Under the pieces are notes generated by a model. The model had not been told where the DNA came from. It saw nothing but the letters and a program-made list of their open reading frames with translations, and made no database searches. From contig JAHFTY010000001.1 in NCBI GenBank assembly GCA_023265365.1, positions 3,656-67,655 of the forward strand: a stretch of 64,000 nt of DNA, given 5' to 3'. Made by a program: the position numbers and the translations under genes. Source of the DNA: Acidobacteriota bacterium. Lineage in GTDB: Bacteria > Acidobacteriota > Terriglobia > 20CM-2-55-15. Within the stretch, counting starts at the first letter, position 1; every line of letters starts with the position of its first letter. Positions 28,662 through 42,913 of this stretch are shown here, piece by piece.

Positions 28662-28931
28662 TTATTCTTCTTCGGCCTTTTGCAACGCGGCAACGGCATT
28701 ACGAGACAGCTCTATCTTGACGTTCTCGGCTACCCGGAGCTGAATACGGTCGCCCTTAAAACCTACAACTGTACCGTAAATCCCCCCATTTGTAATGACT
28801 TTGTCCCCGGACTTCAGCGAAGCCACCATATCGTCCAGCTTTTTCTGGCGTCTCCGGGCGGGAAGAAAAACGATGATGTAGAAAATCGCGAGAATGAAAA
28901 CAAGCGGCAGAATCTGCTGAAATTGAGCCAT
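28662..28931 (-). CDS. yajC: Preprotein translocase subunit YajC
   Basis: An 89-aa protein with a single TM and the GDKVITNGGIYGTV motif. Confidence 0.85.
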   Translation of the reverse strand: MAQFQQILPLVFILAIFYIIVFLPARRRQKKLDDMVASLKSGDKVITNGGIYGTVVGFKGDRIQLRVAENVKIELSRNAVAALQKAEEE

Positions 28932-28937
28932 GGTTGG

Positions 28938-31084
<2,147 letters not shown>

Positions 31085-31987
31085 TCAGACTGCAGTCATC
31101 CTGGCGCTTGTAACAGCGAGGCGCGAACGAACAACCCTGAGGCAGATGCAACAGATTCGGAACCATGCCCTCGATCACATCGAGGCGGTCTTTGCGCTGA
31201 CTGCTGGATCCGAGCTTGGGAATCGAACGCAGCAAACCTTGAGTATAGGGATGTTTCGCGTTGTGAAAGACCTCCATCGCGGGACCCTTCTCCACGATCT
31301 TTCCGGCGTACATGACCGCCACGGTTTCCGCGACTTCCGCAATGACGCCGAGATCGTGCGAAATCAGGATCATCGAAAGGTTGTACTGTTTTCGCAAGCT
31401 GTCGAGAAGTTCCAGAATCTGCGCCTGAATGGTGACGTCCAAAGCAGTGGTGGGCTCATCCGCAATGAGCAAGGCGGGATTACAGACCAACGCCATCGCG
31501 ATCATGATGCGCTGACGCATTCCACCCGAGAGTTGATGCGGATAGTCCCTTGCTCGCTTTTCCGCGTCAGGAATGGAAACGGCGCGCATCGCCTCCACGG
31601 CACGCGTCAAAGCTTCGTTCCTGGAGACTTTTTCATGGGCCAGCACCGCTTCGGCTATCTGAAAACCCACGTCGAGAACCGGATTCAATGCCGTCATGGG
31701 CTCCTGGAAAATCATGGAAACCTGCGCGCCACGAACGTGACGCATTTCCGGATCGCTCAGCGAGACCAGATCGCGGCCATTAAGAAGAACCTGGCCGCCG
31801 ACGATTTTGCCGGGATGGCCGATCAGTCGCGCGATCGACATGGCGGTCACGCTCTTGCCGCAGCCGCTTTCGCCGACAAGGCCCAGGGTCTTTCCTTTTT
31901 CGACGGTGAACGAAACGTCGTCCACGGCTTTGACGATACCGGCATCGGTGAAGAAATAGGTCTTCAGATTCCGGACTTCCAGGACAC

Positions 31988-33592
<1,605 letters not shown>

Positions 33593-33621
33593 AAACCGTT
33601 AGAGTAGCACAGCGTGGCGGG

Positions 33622-36447
33622 TCAAGACTTGCCCATGAGGACGAATGGAGCCCAGTAGAACGGATGCGGAAAAGTGGCCTTAACTTCGACAATCGCGTCG
33701 CGAAGAGCTTTCGGTTTGGAAAGCCCGGAATTGAGGCCCAAATAGAACCGGCGCATCAACTGGGCCGTCGATCGGTCGTTCACCGTCCATAAACTGACGA
33801 CGAGCGAGGGAGTCCCCGCGTAAAGGAATCCTCTTGCGAGCCCCAGCAGTTCATCTCCCTCCCAGACCGCGCTCATTCCGGTTTCGCAGGCGCTGAGCGT
33901 CGTGAGTTCGGCGCCAAGCTGAAGATTGAAAATATCGAACAGGTTCAGCCAGCTATCGCCGAGCCGGAGAGACGAAAACATGGGGTTGTCACTTCTGAAA
34001 ATCCCATGCGCGGCGATGTGCAGCTTTCCGGCGGAGGGGCCAAACTCCTTCAGCTTGTCCAGACGCGCTTCCGGCCCCGTAAATATCCGCGCTTTGGGGA
34101 GCAGTTCGCGAAGCGTTTCGACTTCGTCGTTGATATAGGGGGTCAGCTCATCGGCAACCGCCAAAACGAGATCTTCGTTTCGATGCGGGACATTTTTCTC
34201 GCGGCAGATGCGGATCACCGAGGCGCTCGCCCCATATACGATGTCATGCCGATCGATCAGATACGACTCCCCGTCGTACAAGGCGTGAAACGGAACGTAG
34301 TGAAGAACATTGTGCGGAATGATCACCAGACTGCGGCCTTCGACGAAAGGTTCGATGCGTTCTATCAACTGCCGGTAGAGCGTCCGAAGGTGGAACTGCG
34401 TTGCGGTCAGCAGCATGCCGCCGTAGCGTTCGAGATACTTCGGATCCAAATGAAACTTCGTGAGCTGGAAGTTCAATCCCTTGAGCGCTGCGCGCACGTC
34501 TTTGGAGGACGCGAGATCCCGCACAATGTGAAAGTCGTCCGGCGTAATGACGAAGGCCAGAAACTGGTCGCCGATCACGTAGTACTCGACCATCGCTTCG
34601 TTGCTTTCCAGCATTCGCTGAACATCGGCGATGGAAGACAACTTCATGCTTTGCAGCGTCGCCCAGCCCGATTTCTCCGAACCCACGCCGCGCAGCAATT
34701 CCACAAGCTCGCGCTCCCGGTGAGAAATTCCTTCTTTGGTAACGGGGTCCGACACCCCCGCCGTCGCCGACGCGCCGACTTGATTCAGCCGGCTGTAAAG
34801 CATGTTCAGTTCTTCCCGTATCTTGCGGATTCGCAGCAGCCGGGGTGACTCTTCAGCACCGGCATCCCACACGGTCTCGAGATTTCTTTCGAGAAGGTCG
34901 ATCAGCGTTCTCGACTTGGACTTTTCAACAAAGTCGAATGCAGTTTGGTCGTCTCCTTTTTTCAGCTGTAAATTGACGAGGTTTTCGTAGACCTGGTACT
35001 TGTCCTTGCCGAAGGACATCTGCAGTTCATCCAGTCGAATGTTCGTCCGCAACGACTCCATCTCTGTGATGGCCTTGCGATACAGATCTTCGGCATCGTC
35101 CAGAGCGCCATCGACCTCTTTTAATCCGCCCAGGATGTTATGGCACTGATACGAAACCCAGGGTGCATGCAGGCCTTTCAACTCTTCGAGGGCCCTCTCG
35201 GCCTCTTCCAGCGCGAAAGCCGGATTGTCCAGTTCCTGCCAGCTTTGCGCCGACAGCAGTCTCGCGTTCGCGGCACGAACCGGGACCTGCTGCCTCTCGA
35301 AAATTTCAGCCGATCTCCCGGCGAGCTCCTGCGCCTCCGAAAACCGCTCCTGGCGGATCAGCAACTGGGCGCGCCAGAGATCGACTGCGGCAACCCAAAT
35401 TTCATTTCCTTCCCTTTCGAAAATGTCCCGCGCTTTGATGAAGGCAATGTCGGCTTCGTTGTCTCGCAGAGTTTTGAATTCAGCCACGCCGAGAAATGTG
35501 AGACACATCGCCGCTTCATACTTGTTTCCGAGAGTAGCGAAAATCTGATACGCCGACTCCGCAAGTCGGGCGGCGTCTTCGAAAAGGTTGAGCTGGAGGT
35601 AGATTTCAGCCCGGTCGCGGTCACAGAGGCCGATTCTCCGCGTGTCGTTGGCTTGCTCGTATTTGGCGCGGACTTGCTCCAGAAGACGCAGCGCCGTGGA
35701 GTAGTTTCCCCGGTGAAAATGCATGCGCGCCAAATCGCGGTCGGCGATGCTCGCCCAGAGGTGCAGTCCTTGCTGTTCACTGAAACGCTTCGTTGATTCA
35801 AAAGCGTTGATCGCCTCGTCGAACCGGTTCATATCGGTCAACGTCACGGCGCGCCCTTGCCCGATGGCTGCAATTTGATAGGGATTGTCCGTCATCTGCA
35901 GCGCCCGATCGTAGTGTTCGAGCGATTCGGTAAAACGATTGAGCCGATAGTAGAAATTCCCCAGCGCAATCTCGAGATTGCAGAGATAGCGGGCGTCACC
36001 CGCTTTCTCCAGAGCCGCACGAGCACGGGGTTCGAGTTGAATGGCATCTTCGTACAAACTCAGGTATGACATATTGTCCATTTGGACAACGAGCGTTCGC
36101 CCCACCTCGCTATCAACCTGGGCCTGGCTAAATAAATCGACCGCCCGTTCAAACAAGGGCTGGGCTTCAGCACATTTCTTCCGCGTGTACAGAACCTGGG
36201 CTTTTGCGCGAGTCGCGTGGGCGGCGGCCAGCGGCGTATCGGCGAGAGCAGCGACTTGTTGTGCGGTATCCGCCAGGATTTCAGCGAGTTCGAGATCGCG
36301 CGGCAATAATTCGCGAATCCGGTTCGCAAGATGTTCGATGAATTCGGACGCAGACGGAGGAGGGGTGTCTGAGACAAAGGCCCATTGCTGGGCCGCATCT
36401 CTGATCTGGGAGAGCGTGGCCAGATACTGATCGGGGTTGAAAGTCAC
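33622..36447 (-). CDS. TPR-repeat + CHAT domain protein (caspase-like protease family)
   Basis: About 600 aa of TPR-like repeats, then a C-terminal CHAT domain with a His/Cys dyad context (HIAAHG...LSACETG). Confidence 0.8.
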   Translation of the reverse strand: MTFNPDQYLATLSQIRDAAQQWAFVSDTPPPSASEFIEHLANRIRELLPRDLELAEILADTAQQVAALADTPLAAAHATRAKAQVLYTRKKCAEAQPLFERAVDLFSQAQVDSEVGRTLVVQMDNMSYLSLYEDAIQLEPRARAALEKAGDARYLCNLEIALGNFYYRLNRFTESLEHYDRALQMTDNPYQIAAIGQGRAVTLTDMNRFDEAINAFESTKRFSEQQGLHLWASIADRDLARMHFHRGNYSTALRLLEQVRAKYEQANDTRRIGLCDRDRAEIYLQLNLFEDAARLAESAYQIFATLGNKYEAAMCLTFLGVAEFKTLRDNEADIAFIKARDIFEREGNEIWVAAVDLWRAQLLIRQERFSEAQELAGRSAEIFERQQVPVRAANARLLSAQSWQELDNPAFALEEAERALEELKGLHAPWVSYQCHNILGGLKEVDGALDDAEDLYRKAITEMESLRTNIRLDELQMSFGKDKYQVYENLVNLQLKKGDDQTAFDFVEKSKSRTLIDLLERNLETVWDAGAEESPRLLRIRKIREELNMLYSRLNQVGASATAGVSDPVTKEGISHRERELVELLRGVGSEKSGWATLQSMKLSSIADVQRMLESNEAMVEYYVIGDQFLAFVITPDDFHIVRDLASSKDVRAALKGLNFQLTKFHLDPKYLERYGGMLLTATQFHLRTLYRQLIERIEPFVEGRSLVIIPHNVLHYVPFHALYDGESYLIDRHDIVYGASASVIRICREKNVPHRNEDLVLAVADELTPYINDEVETLRELLPKARIFTGPEARLDKLKEFGPSAGKLHIAAHGIFRSDNPMFSSLRLGDSWLNLFDIFNLQLGAELTTLSACETGMSAVWEGDELLGLARGFLYAGTPSLVVSLWTVNDRSTAQLMRRFYLGLNSGLSKPKALRDAIVEVKATFPHPFYWAPFVLMGKS

Positions 36448-36518
36448 AACTCCTACGCTTCCTGCTGGATGTGACCTGCGCTACAGGGGGCGGCGTCCGT
36501 TCGCCGGAATGAGCCGCT

Positions 36519-37130
36519 TTACGAGTTTGCCCGGTGCACACAGAAGAGAGTGATTTGCCCTTCTGGCAGGTCCACGGACAGATGATACGTGTCCTTTGGC
36601 ACCTCGTCGAAGGAGAACTCTCCAACCAGGTTAGTTCTGGTTTTGTACCGGACGATGCCGTGGGACTCCAGCTTTACTGGAGTATTGTCGAAGAATTTGG
36701 CACCACTTGACAAGACTTGTCCTACAAGAGTGATTCTATCGTTCGCTTCCATTGATTCGATTTTCACGTCGACGTCAACATCACCGGCTCGGAAAAGGAG
36801 CTGCCGCGGGGGGGCGCCAACTCGCCGCATACCGGCGAGGGCCGGCTGATCAAACGTATCAAACACAAGAGCAGCGATGAATTTTCGGATTTTTCCGCCG
36901 GACGCAGGTTGAATAACCGGCTGGAAAAGTTCGATTCCCCACTGGACGATCTCAGAAGGCGGTTCGCAGAGGGACTCCTGCTGCAGGCGGGAGACCAGCC
37001 CTTGCAGTTCCTCGCGCAATTCAGAACATTCGGAACAAACGATCAAATGCTGCTCGACTGCAGCGTTATCGGTTCCCTGAGCCTGTCCATCGACATAACC
37101 CATAATGTTTTCAATACTTAGATGTCGCAT
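36519..37130 (-). CDS. Anti-sigma factor, zinc-binding ZAS-type N-terminus (HxxxCxxC) with beta-rich C-terminal domain
   Basis: N-terminal EQHLIVCSECSE matches the H-x3-C-x2-C ZAS motif. No TM segment was seen. Located immediately downstream of the ECF sigma factor gene. Confidence 0.6.
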   Translation of the reverse strand: MRHLSIENIMGYVDGQAQGTDNAAVEQHLIVCSECSELREELQGLVSRLQQESLCEPPSEIVQWGIELFQPVIQPASGGKIRKFIAALVFDTFDQPALAGMRRVGAPPRQLLFRAGDVDVDVKIESMEANDRITLVGQVLSSGAKFFDNTPVKLESHGIVRYKTRTNLVGEFSFDEVPKDTYHLSVDLPEGQITLFCVHRANS

Positions 37131-37217
37131 TCCTTCGCTCCTGGTCTCTAAACCTTTGAAATCATCCTATACATCTACAATTGAGGACTCGAAGCCGGGA
37201 AAAATACCAAAACTTTG

Positions 37218-37790
37218 CTATTTGATGCCGTGGCGCCTCAGAATGGCCCGCAGTTTATCCAGACAGCGTGCCCGCGTTGGCCCAATGCTGGGCACCGGCA
37301 TGGCGAGGGTCTGACTGACATCCTCATAACTCGGCGTCCGCGGATCGAAATAAAGAAGCTCGATCAATTGCCGGCATCGATCCGGAAGTTGATCGACGGA
37401 TTCCCGGACGGTTTGCTGCTCTTCAATCTGCACTCGGATATCTTCAAGATTCTCCGTCGGATCCGGCGCCTCCTCGAACTCCTCCTCCGAGCCGCCTGTT
37501 TCTCGAAACCGCTGAGAGCGGACATAGATACATTGTCGTGTGGTCGTCGTGATGAGCCAGGCGCTAACCTTGGTTTCGTCCTTCAGTTCATGCAGATGTT
37601 CGATCAATTTGAGGCAAACCGACTGAAACACGTCCGCAGCGTCCGTGGTGGAGAAGCTGAATCGAACCGGGATGGAATAGATCAGCCGCCGGTAACGCAT
37701 GATGAGCGCTTCCCATGCCTGCGAGTCACCCTTCAGGCAGAGCGATACCAGTTCCGTGTCCGAGTGGGTTTTGTAATTTGCGGGAATCAC
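37218..37790 (-). CDS. RNA polymerase sigma-70 factor, ECF subfamily
   Basis: Region 2 (AWEALIMRYRRLIYSI...DAADVFQSVCLKL) and a region 4 HTH (SYEDVSQTLAMPVPSIGPTRARCLDKLR). Confidence 0.85.
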   Translation of the reverse strand: MIPANYKTHSDTELVSLCLKGDSQAWEALIMRYRRLIYSIPVRFSFSTTDAADVFQSVCLKLIEHLHELKDETKVSAWLITTTTRQCIYVRSQRFRETGGSEEEFEEAPDPTENLEDIRVQIEEQQTVRESVDQLPDRCRQLIELLYFDPRTPSYEDVSQTLAMPVPSIGPTRARCLDKLRAILRRHGIK

Positions 37791-38068
37791 TAACGCATCT
37801 TCCTGGCTTTCCAGAAGGACTGAAGCGAAAAGGCCAGCATCAGAACGGAGAAAAAGCCGGACCCAAAAACTGCAGAGCCGGTACGCAGGTCCCAGTTGCT
37901 GAAGTGGGCCGTTGTCTTACGAAACTCGGTGAACGTGTTCAACATAAACATGACGGCCAATGCCAAAAACAATGCGCCCATCATTTCCAGCCACAACTTT
38001 CTGGCAGACCGCAGGAAATCAGCGAAAATGAGTTTGAACTTGCCGGGCATAATGCAATGGTCTGACAT
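37790..38068 (-). CDS. Small two-TM membrane protein, first gene of ECF sigma operon
   Basis: A 92-aa protein with two hydrophobic helices. Its stop overlaps the sigma-factor start codon. Confidence 0.4.
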   Translation of the reverse strand: MSDHCIMPGKFKLIFADFLRSARKLWLEMMGALFLALAVMFMLNTFTEFRKTTAHFSNWDLRTGSAVFGSGFFSVLMLAFSLQSFWKARKMR

Positions 38069-38161
38069 ATTAGCACTGGTCTCGCACGTGCTGATTAAAG
38101 ACGTATAAAAGAGGTCGAGCGTACCAAAGAGTCGTAAAAAGGGGACCGGCTAATTTGAGAA

Positions 38162-38518
38162 TTGACCAATTTCGCGCAAACTGCGTACGATTGCCTGATT
38201 GTTTGTCGCCAGCGGGAGGGCGTTTTGCAACTGGATGACAATCTGAAGCAGTTGATGAAAGAGCTTGGCGCCGCGATAAACGACGCCCTCTCCGACTCTG
38301 AAGAAATCAGCGCAGCCATTCAAAATGTCCGCAATGCCGGCTACGACGTTTTCCTCGTGCTCGAAGCAACGATCGGATTCAACCGCCGAACCAAGGCCGA
38401 CGGCAGTGAAGACGTCAACGGTTTGAAGAGCGCGGACATGAAGCTAAAAGTCACGTCTCAGGACTTGAAATTCCTCCGCTCGCTCAAGATCAGCGTCGAA
38501 GACCTGGACAAGCAGTAA
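38162..38518 (+). CDS. Hypothetical protein
   Basis: A track ORF with no recognisable motifs. A GGGAGGG RBS precedes an internal TTG/ATG, so the real start is probably ~38224-38254. Confidence 0.3.
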   Translation: MTNFAQTAYDCLIVCRQREGVLQLDDNLKQLMKELGAAINDALSDSEEISAAIQNVRNAGYDVFLVLEATIGFNRRTKADGSEDVNGLKSADMKLKVTSQDLKFLRSLKISVEDLDKQ

Positions 38519-39485
38519 CCCACATCTGACAAGTTTCGCGAATCACACTTTCCACTGAAATCCTCTCAATCGGCATCCCTTTCAAGAACCGATCATGTCG
38601 CCCGGTTGGCCGGAAGTGCTCCGGCAAACCCACGCTGAACAGCCCGAGTGTTGGAACCGCCAGAGCAGGCCCCAGGTGCATTGGCCCGGTATCGTTGCTG
38701 ACCAGCAACCTTGACGAACCGATGAGAGCAGCGAGCCCTGACAGATTGAGATCCTGAAAGAGGCTCAGCCGATCCGAATGGTGCGACGATTTCCGGACAG
38801 CGTCGGCAATTTGTGCATTGGACGAACTGGATATGACCAGGACCTGTGCCCCTAGATTCTCCACGGCATGGTCAGCGACGGCGGCAAAAAATTGCGGTAA
38901 CCACCGGCGATCCGGCGCCGGCGCATCCACATACAGCGTGAGTCTTGAGCCAGGGGCCGCCGCCTGTTCTGCCCACCGTTTCACCGGATCCGGAATGGCG
39001 AGAATGGACTCATCCAGGCCGTGACGCACGACCCCCGGCAACGAAGCCGCCACTCGCTGGAACATTTCTGAAACGTGGAGCGTCTTGTCTTCGTCAACGG
39101 GTGGCTGGTTGAAGCAGCCCTTCAGGTAGGCCGCACCAGACCGTCTCATTCCGAGACGAAAGCGCGCGCCTGAAAGCGCGGTCAAGAGGTTCGTCTCGCG
39201 AAAGCTGTGAAAGTCGACCACCGCATCGAAGTGTCTCGCTCGAATGTCGGAAACGAGCTTCTTTGCCTCCATCATCGCTCGAAAGACCGGGCCATCCCGC
39301 ATTGCGATGCGGTCGACCGAAATGACCTCGTCGACCGCCGGGCACAATTCGGCGATGGGCGCGCACCGGTGACCGGTGAGCAGGGTCAGAAGGGAGTCCG
39401 GGAGAGACCGTTTGATGGATGTCAAGGCGGGCAACAGTAGAATCACGTCGCCCAGCCGCGCAAAGCGGATAGCGAGGATTTTCAC
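38490..39485 (-). CDS. Glycosyltransferase family 9 (ADP-heptose:LPS heptosyltransferase-like)
   Basis: GT9 fold motifs (RFARLGDVILLLPAL, LLVSNDTGPMHL). Confidence 0.8.
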   Translation of the reverse strand: MKILAIRFARLGDVILLLPALTSIKRSLPDSLLTLLTGHRCAPIAELCPAVDEVISVDRIAMRDGPVFRAMMEAKKLVSDIRARHFDAVVDFHSFRETNLLTALSGARFRLGMRRSGAAYLKGCFNQPPVDEDKTLHVSEMFQRVAASLPGVVRHGLDESILAIPDPVKRWAEQAAAPGSRLTLYVDAPAPDRRWLPQFFAAVADHAVENLGAQVLVISSSSNAQIADAVRKSSHHSDRLSLFQDLNLSGLAALIGSSRLLVSNDTGPMHLGPALAVPTLGLFSVGLPEHFRPTGRHDRFLKGMPIERISVESVIRETCQMWVTACPGLRR

Positions 39486-40117
39486 GGAAGAATCAGGCCG
39501 CCGGATGACAGTTCGGGACCGGCGTCCACAGGCACCATCGACGTCAACCAGTCCAGGTAGCGGCGGCTCTTGGGACGAATGCCTGAATTGGCCTGCGCCG
39601 CGAACGTCAGGAATTCGAGAATGTCCAGCGCTTCGGTCACTTTCAAGCAGGACTGGTCCGGAGCTTCCTGAGGCTGCATGGCCACATCGAGCAAGGCTTT
39701 CAGACGGTGAAACAGGGACTGCTGAACTGAACCTGCGGGAACGGACTCGTAGTAAATGCCGCTGGAGAGTGTTTTCATCGTTGAAGTCAGCGCTTTGTAA
39801 ACCTCGATCACATCATTGTCGACAAGCCAGGGAGATTGCAGGTGCTCGGCAACCACGTCACGGCTGATGGCATCGAGGATCGGGGAAAACCGGTAAAGAA
39901 ACGCGCGGTCGAAGCGGTGAGCCTTCGCCGTCAGTTCCGGATCAGGATCGCGCTTTTCGGCTTCATAGTCCCGGCCACTCCGGAGGTAGGGACAGCTGCC
40001 GGGGCAGTCGATCTCAATCTCGCGATTCGTCCCGCAACACACCGCGCAGATTCTGTCGCCTTTGGCCGGACAATAGCGTTTGGCGGGCCTATCAGAGCAG
40101 AGGGGACAAGCTGCCAT
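39482..40117 (-). CDS. Hypothetical protein with N-terminal Cys-rich zinc-ribbon-like region
   Basis: Ten cysteines in the first 45 aa (CPLC...CPAKGDRICAVCC...CPGSCP). Co-directional with and overlapping the GT9 gene. Confidence 0.4.
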   Translation of the reverse strand: MAACPLCSDRPAKRYCPAKGDRICAVCCGTNREIEIDCPGSCPYLRSGRDYEAEKRDPDPELTAKAHRFDRAFLYRFSPILDAISRDVVAEHLQSPWLVDNDVIEVYKALTSTMKTLSSGIYYESVPAGSVQQSLFHRLKALLDVAMQPQEAPDQSCLKVTEALDILEFLTFAAQANSGIRPKSRRYLDWLTSMVPVDAGPELSSGGLILP

Positions 40118-40209
40118 AGGTGGCGGAGTATAGCATGTGAGATTGACTTTGACTTGAACCCACAGGGATAATCGGAAGCCTATCCCACACGGAATGGGGG
40201 TGTTATTGA

Positions 40210-40410
40210 GTGGCAGAAGTTCGAATTCAAGATGGAGAATCGATTGAAAATGCTCTCCGGCGCTTTAAACGAAAAGTGCAGCAGGAGGACATTATCAAAG
40301 AGGTCAAGAAACACTCCTTCTATCTGAAACCCGGCGAAAAGAAACGAATCAAGCAGGCACTCGCACGAAAAAGAAGCCGCAAGAAGGTTCGCAGAGTGGT
40401 CGAAGACTAA
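40210..40410 (+). CDS. rpsU: 30S ribosomal protein S21
   Basis: The stretch ENALRRFKRKVQQEDIIKEVKKHSFYLKPGEKKRIKQ is the S21 signature. GTG start with a GGGGGTG RBS. Confidence 0.85.
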   Translation: MAEVRIQDGESIENALRRFKRKVQQEDIIKEVKKHSFYLKPGEKKRIKQALARKRSRKKVRRVVED

Positions 40411-40431
40411 GTTTTTGCGATTTCAAGAAAT

Positions 40432-40490
40432 AGGGCGGGCTATGGAAAATCGGGAGACCGAAGTTTTCTGGTCCGCCCTTTGTGTTTACT
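40432..40490 (+). terminator. Long imperfect hairpin terminator between convergent rpsU and pta
   Basis: Outer stem agggcgg/ccgccct enclosing inner gaaaa/ttttc pairing, followed by the T-rich tgtgttt. Confidence 0.35.
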
Positions 40491-41484
40491 GCCGTCTTTG
40501 AAGGGCCGTGATCGCAGCCACATCAATAATATCTTCGATCGAACAGCCCCTGGATAAATCATTGGCAGGCTTCGCCAATCCCTGCAGAATCGGCCCGATC
40601 GCGCGTGCGCCGGCCAAACGCTCTGTCAGCTTGTATCCAATGTTTCCGGATTGAAGGTCCGGGAAAATCAAGGTGTTGGCTCGACCCTGCAGGGGGCTCG
40701 CCGGCGCCTTGGAGATCGCCACCTCCGGAACCAGGGCGGCGTCGGCCTGAAGCTCGCCATCCACGATCAACCCAGGCTTTCGGGCTTTTACCGTTGCGAC
40801 GGCTTCCCGGATCCGGTCCAGCGATGCGTGAGTGGCGCTTCCTTTTGTCGAAAATGAAAGGAAGGCCACCCGGGCTTCAGTTTGCAGGAAAATCTCGGCG
40901 TTCGCGGCAGCATCGATGGCGATGTCGGCCAGCTGAGGAACGGTCGGGTTGGGCACCACGGCACAGTCCGCAAAAATCAAGGCGCCATTCGCTCCAAAGT
41001 TGTTTTGAGACAATGCCATCAGAAAGAAACTCGACACCACTGAGGACGCTGGAGTTGTGCCGATGCAGTGAATCGCCGCACGGACGGTATCGCCGGTCGT
41101 GGTTGCCGCTCCACCGACGAAACCATCGGCCTCGCCGTCATTAACCATTGCAGCAGCGAAGTACATGGGGTTTTCGAGACGGCGTTGAGCCTCCAGTTCG
41201 GTCACGCCCCTGGAACGCCATTCCGGCAGAAGAATCCTCGCGTACCGATCGATCCGATCCTTTGATTGCGCATCGATCAACTCGATGTGCTTCAGACTGA
41301 CGCCGAGTTCGCCCGCCTGCCGTTCGACCCCTGCGGGCGATCCCACGAGGATGGGACGAGCCATCTTGAGCTGCACGATCTTCTCAGCGGCCTTCAGCAC
41401 ACGCGGATCGGTGGATTCCGGAAAAACGATGCGTCGAGGATCCAGGGACGCGCGCTCCCGAAGCTGTCGGACGATATCATTCAT
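40486..41484 (-). CDS. pta: Phosphate acetyltransferase (Pta, phosphotransacetylase)
   Basis: PTA_PTB family with conserved blocks ([42 protein letters not shown]). Confidence 0.85.
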   Translation of the reverse strand: MNDIVRQLRERASLDPRRIVFPESTDPRVLKAAEKIVQLKMARPILVGSPAGVERQAGELGVSLKHIELIDAQSKDRIDRYARILLPEWRSRGVTELEAQRRLENPMYFAAAMVNDGEADGFVGGAATTTGDTVRAAIHCIGTTPASSVVSSFFLMALSQNNFGANGALIFADCAVVPNPTVPQLADIAIDAAANAEIFLQTEARVAFLSFSTKGSATHASLDRIREAVATVKARKPGLIVDGELQADAALVPEVAISKAPASPLQGRANTLIFPDLQSGNIGYKLTERLAGARAIGPILQGLAKPANDLSRGCSIEDIIDVAAITALQRRQ

Positions 41485-41491
41485 GTGAGGG

Positions 41492-42913
41492 TTATTTTAC
41501 GGAAGGAACGGGCGGTCTTTCGCGCTTCTTTTTGATTTCGATGCCGTGACGCTTGATTTTCTGATTGAGCGTGGAAAGGGGAATTCGAAAGTTGTCGGCG
41601 GCTTCGGTCTGGCTCCAGCCCGTTTGCTCCAACATTTCGATGATGACCCGCCTCTCGAACGAGTCAATGATGTTGAACAATGAACTTTCCCGAGAAAGGT
41701 CGAAGGACGACAAGGACGCAAAGCGTGACGACGGCGCGGTCACCGCTTCCGGCAGGAGATCGCGTCCGATAATGTCGTTTTGCGCCAGCACAACCGCGCG
41801 TTCGACAACATTTTCCAGTTCCCGCACATTTCCGGGCCAGTGATAATCCATCAACACCTTCAATGCTTCGGAACTGAACCGGTAAAGCGGTTTTCCGTTT
41901 TCGTCGCAATATTTCTTGGTGAAGAATTCGACCAGCATGGGAATGTCTTCCTTCCGATCCCGCAACGGAGGCAGCTGGATATTGATCACATTCAGCCTGT
42001 AGTACAGATCTTCACGGAATCGCCCTTCGTCAACGAGCTTCTTTAAATCCACATTGGTCGCAGTGATGATCCTTGTATCGACCTTGATGGTTTCGATTCC
42101 GCCGAGACGCATGAACTCCCGCTCCTGGATCACCCGGAGCAGTTTCGCCTGGGTCTCCAGACTGATGGTTCCGATTTCATCGAAGAAAATCGTCCCCTGG
42201 TCGGCGACCTCGAACAGGCCTTTCTTCGCTGAAACGGCGCTGGTGAAGGCTCCCCGCACGTGCCCGAAGAGTGTACTTTCCAACAGGTCGACAGGCATGC
42301 TGCCGCTGTTGACCGGAACGAAAGGCTTATCGGCTCGCGCGCTCTTGATGTGGATGGCCTTTGCGATCAGTTCTTTCCCCGTGCCGCTCTCACCTTGAAT
42401 AAGGATTGTGCTGCGGCTCGGCGCAATCTGCGTGACCAGGTCCAGGACGGAGTGAATCCTCTCGCTCTTGCCGATAATATTGCTGTAGCCGAACCGTTCT
42501 TTCAGGGCGCGGCGCAGTTGAATGTTTTCGCTCATCAACATGCGCTGCTTTACGGCATTGGCCACAATGACGAGCAGCTTTTCGTTATTCCAGGGCTTCG
42601 TTACATAGTCAAACGAGCCTTCTTTGATTGCCGTCACGGCCGTTTCGATGGCACCCATGGCGGTGATGATCACGACGGGCAGGGTCGGATCGACTCGCTT
42701 GATGTCCCGCTGAACTTCCATCCCGGATTTCCCGGGAAGCATCAAGTCGAGCAGAACAAGGTCGTAGTTGTTCTCCTCGATCTTGCGCAATCCTTCGTCG
42801 CCGCTCGCCGCAGTATCGGTCGTCAACCCTTCGGAAGAAAGCAGCAGTTCGATGCTCTCCCTGATTTCTTCTTCGTCATCGATGATGAGAACGGATCCCT
42901 TGCGTCTAGACAT
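41492..42913 (-). CDS. Sigma-54-dependent response regulator (NtrC family: REC + AAA+ + Fis HTH)
   Basis: Receiver ([10 protein letters not shown]...DLMLPG), sigma-54 activator domain ([15 protein letters not shown], the GAFTSA form of GAFTGA, ESTLFGH), and a C-terminal HTH. Confidence 0.9.
   Translation of the reverse strand: MSRRKGSVLIIDDEEEIRESIELLLSSEGLTTDTAASGDEGLRKIEENNYDLVLLDLMLPGKSGMEVQRDIKRVDPTLPVVIITAMGAIETAVTAIKEGSFDYVTKPWNNEKLLVIVANAVKQRMLMSENIQLRRALKERFGYSNIIGKSERIHSVLDLVTQIAPSRSTILIQGESGTGKELIAKAIHIKSARADKPFVPVNSGSMPVDLLESTLFGHVRGAFTSAVSAKKGLFEVADQGTIFFDEIGTISLETQAKLLRVIQEREFMRLGGIETIKVDTRIITATNVDLKKLVDEGRFREDLYYRLNVINIQLPPLRDRKEDIPMLVEFFTKKYCDENGKPLYRFSSEALKVLMDYHWPGNVRELENVVERAVVLAQNDIIGRDLLPEAVTAPSSRFASLSSFDLSRESSLFNIIDSFERRVIIEMLEQTGWSQTEAADNFRIPLSTLNQKIKRHGIEIKKKRERPPVPSVK

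Noticed and set aside
40118-40209. Tandem TTGACT TTGACT upstream of rpsU as a -35 element
   Set aside because: No acceptable -10 hexamer sits at 16-18 nt spacing (only ATAATC at 13-14 nt). It is left uncalled.
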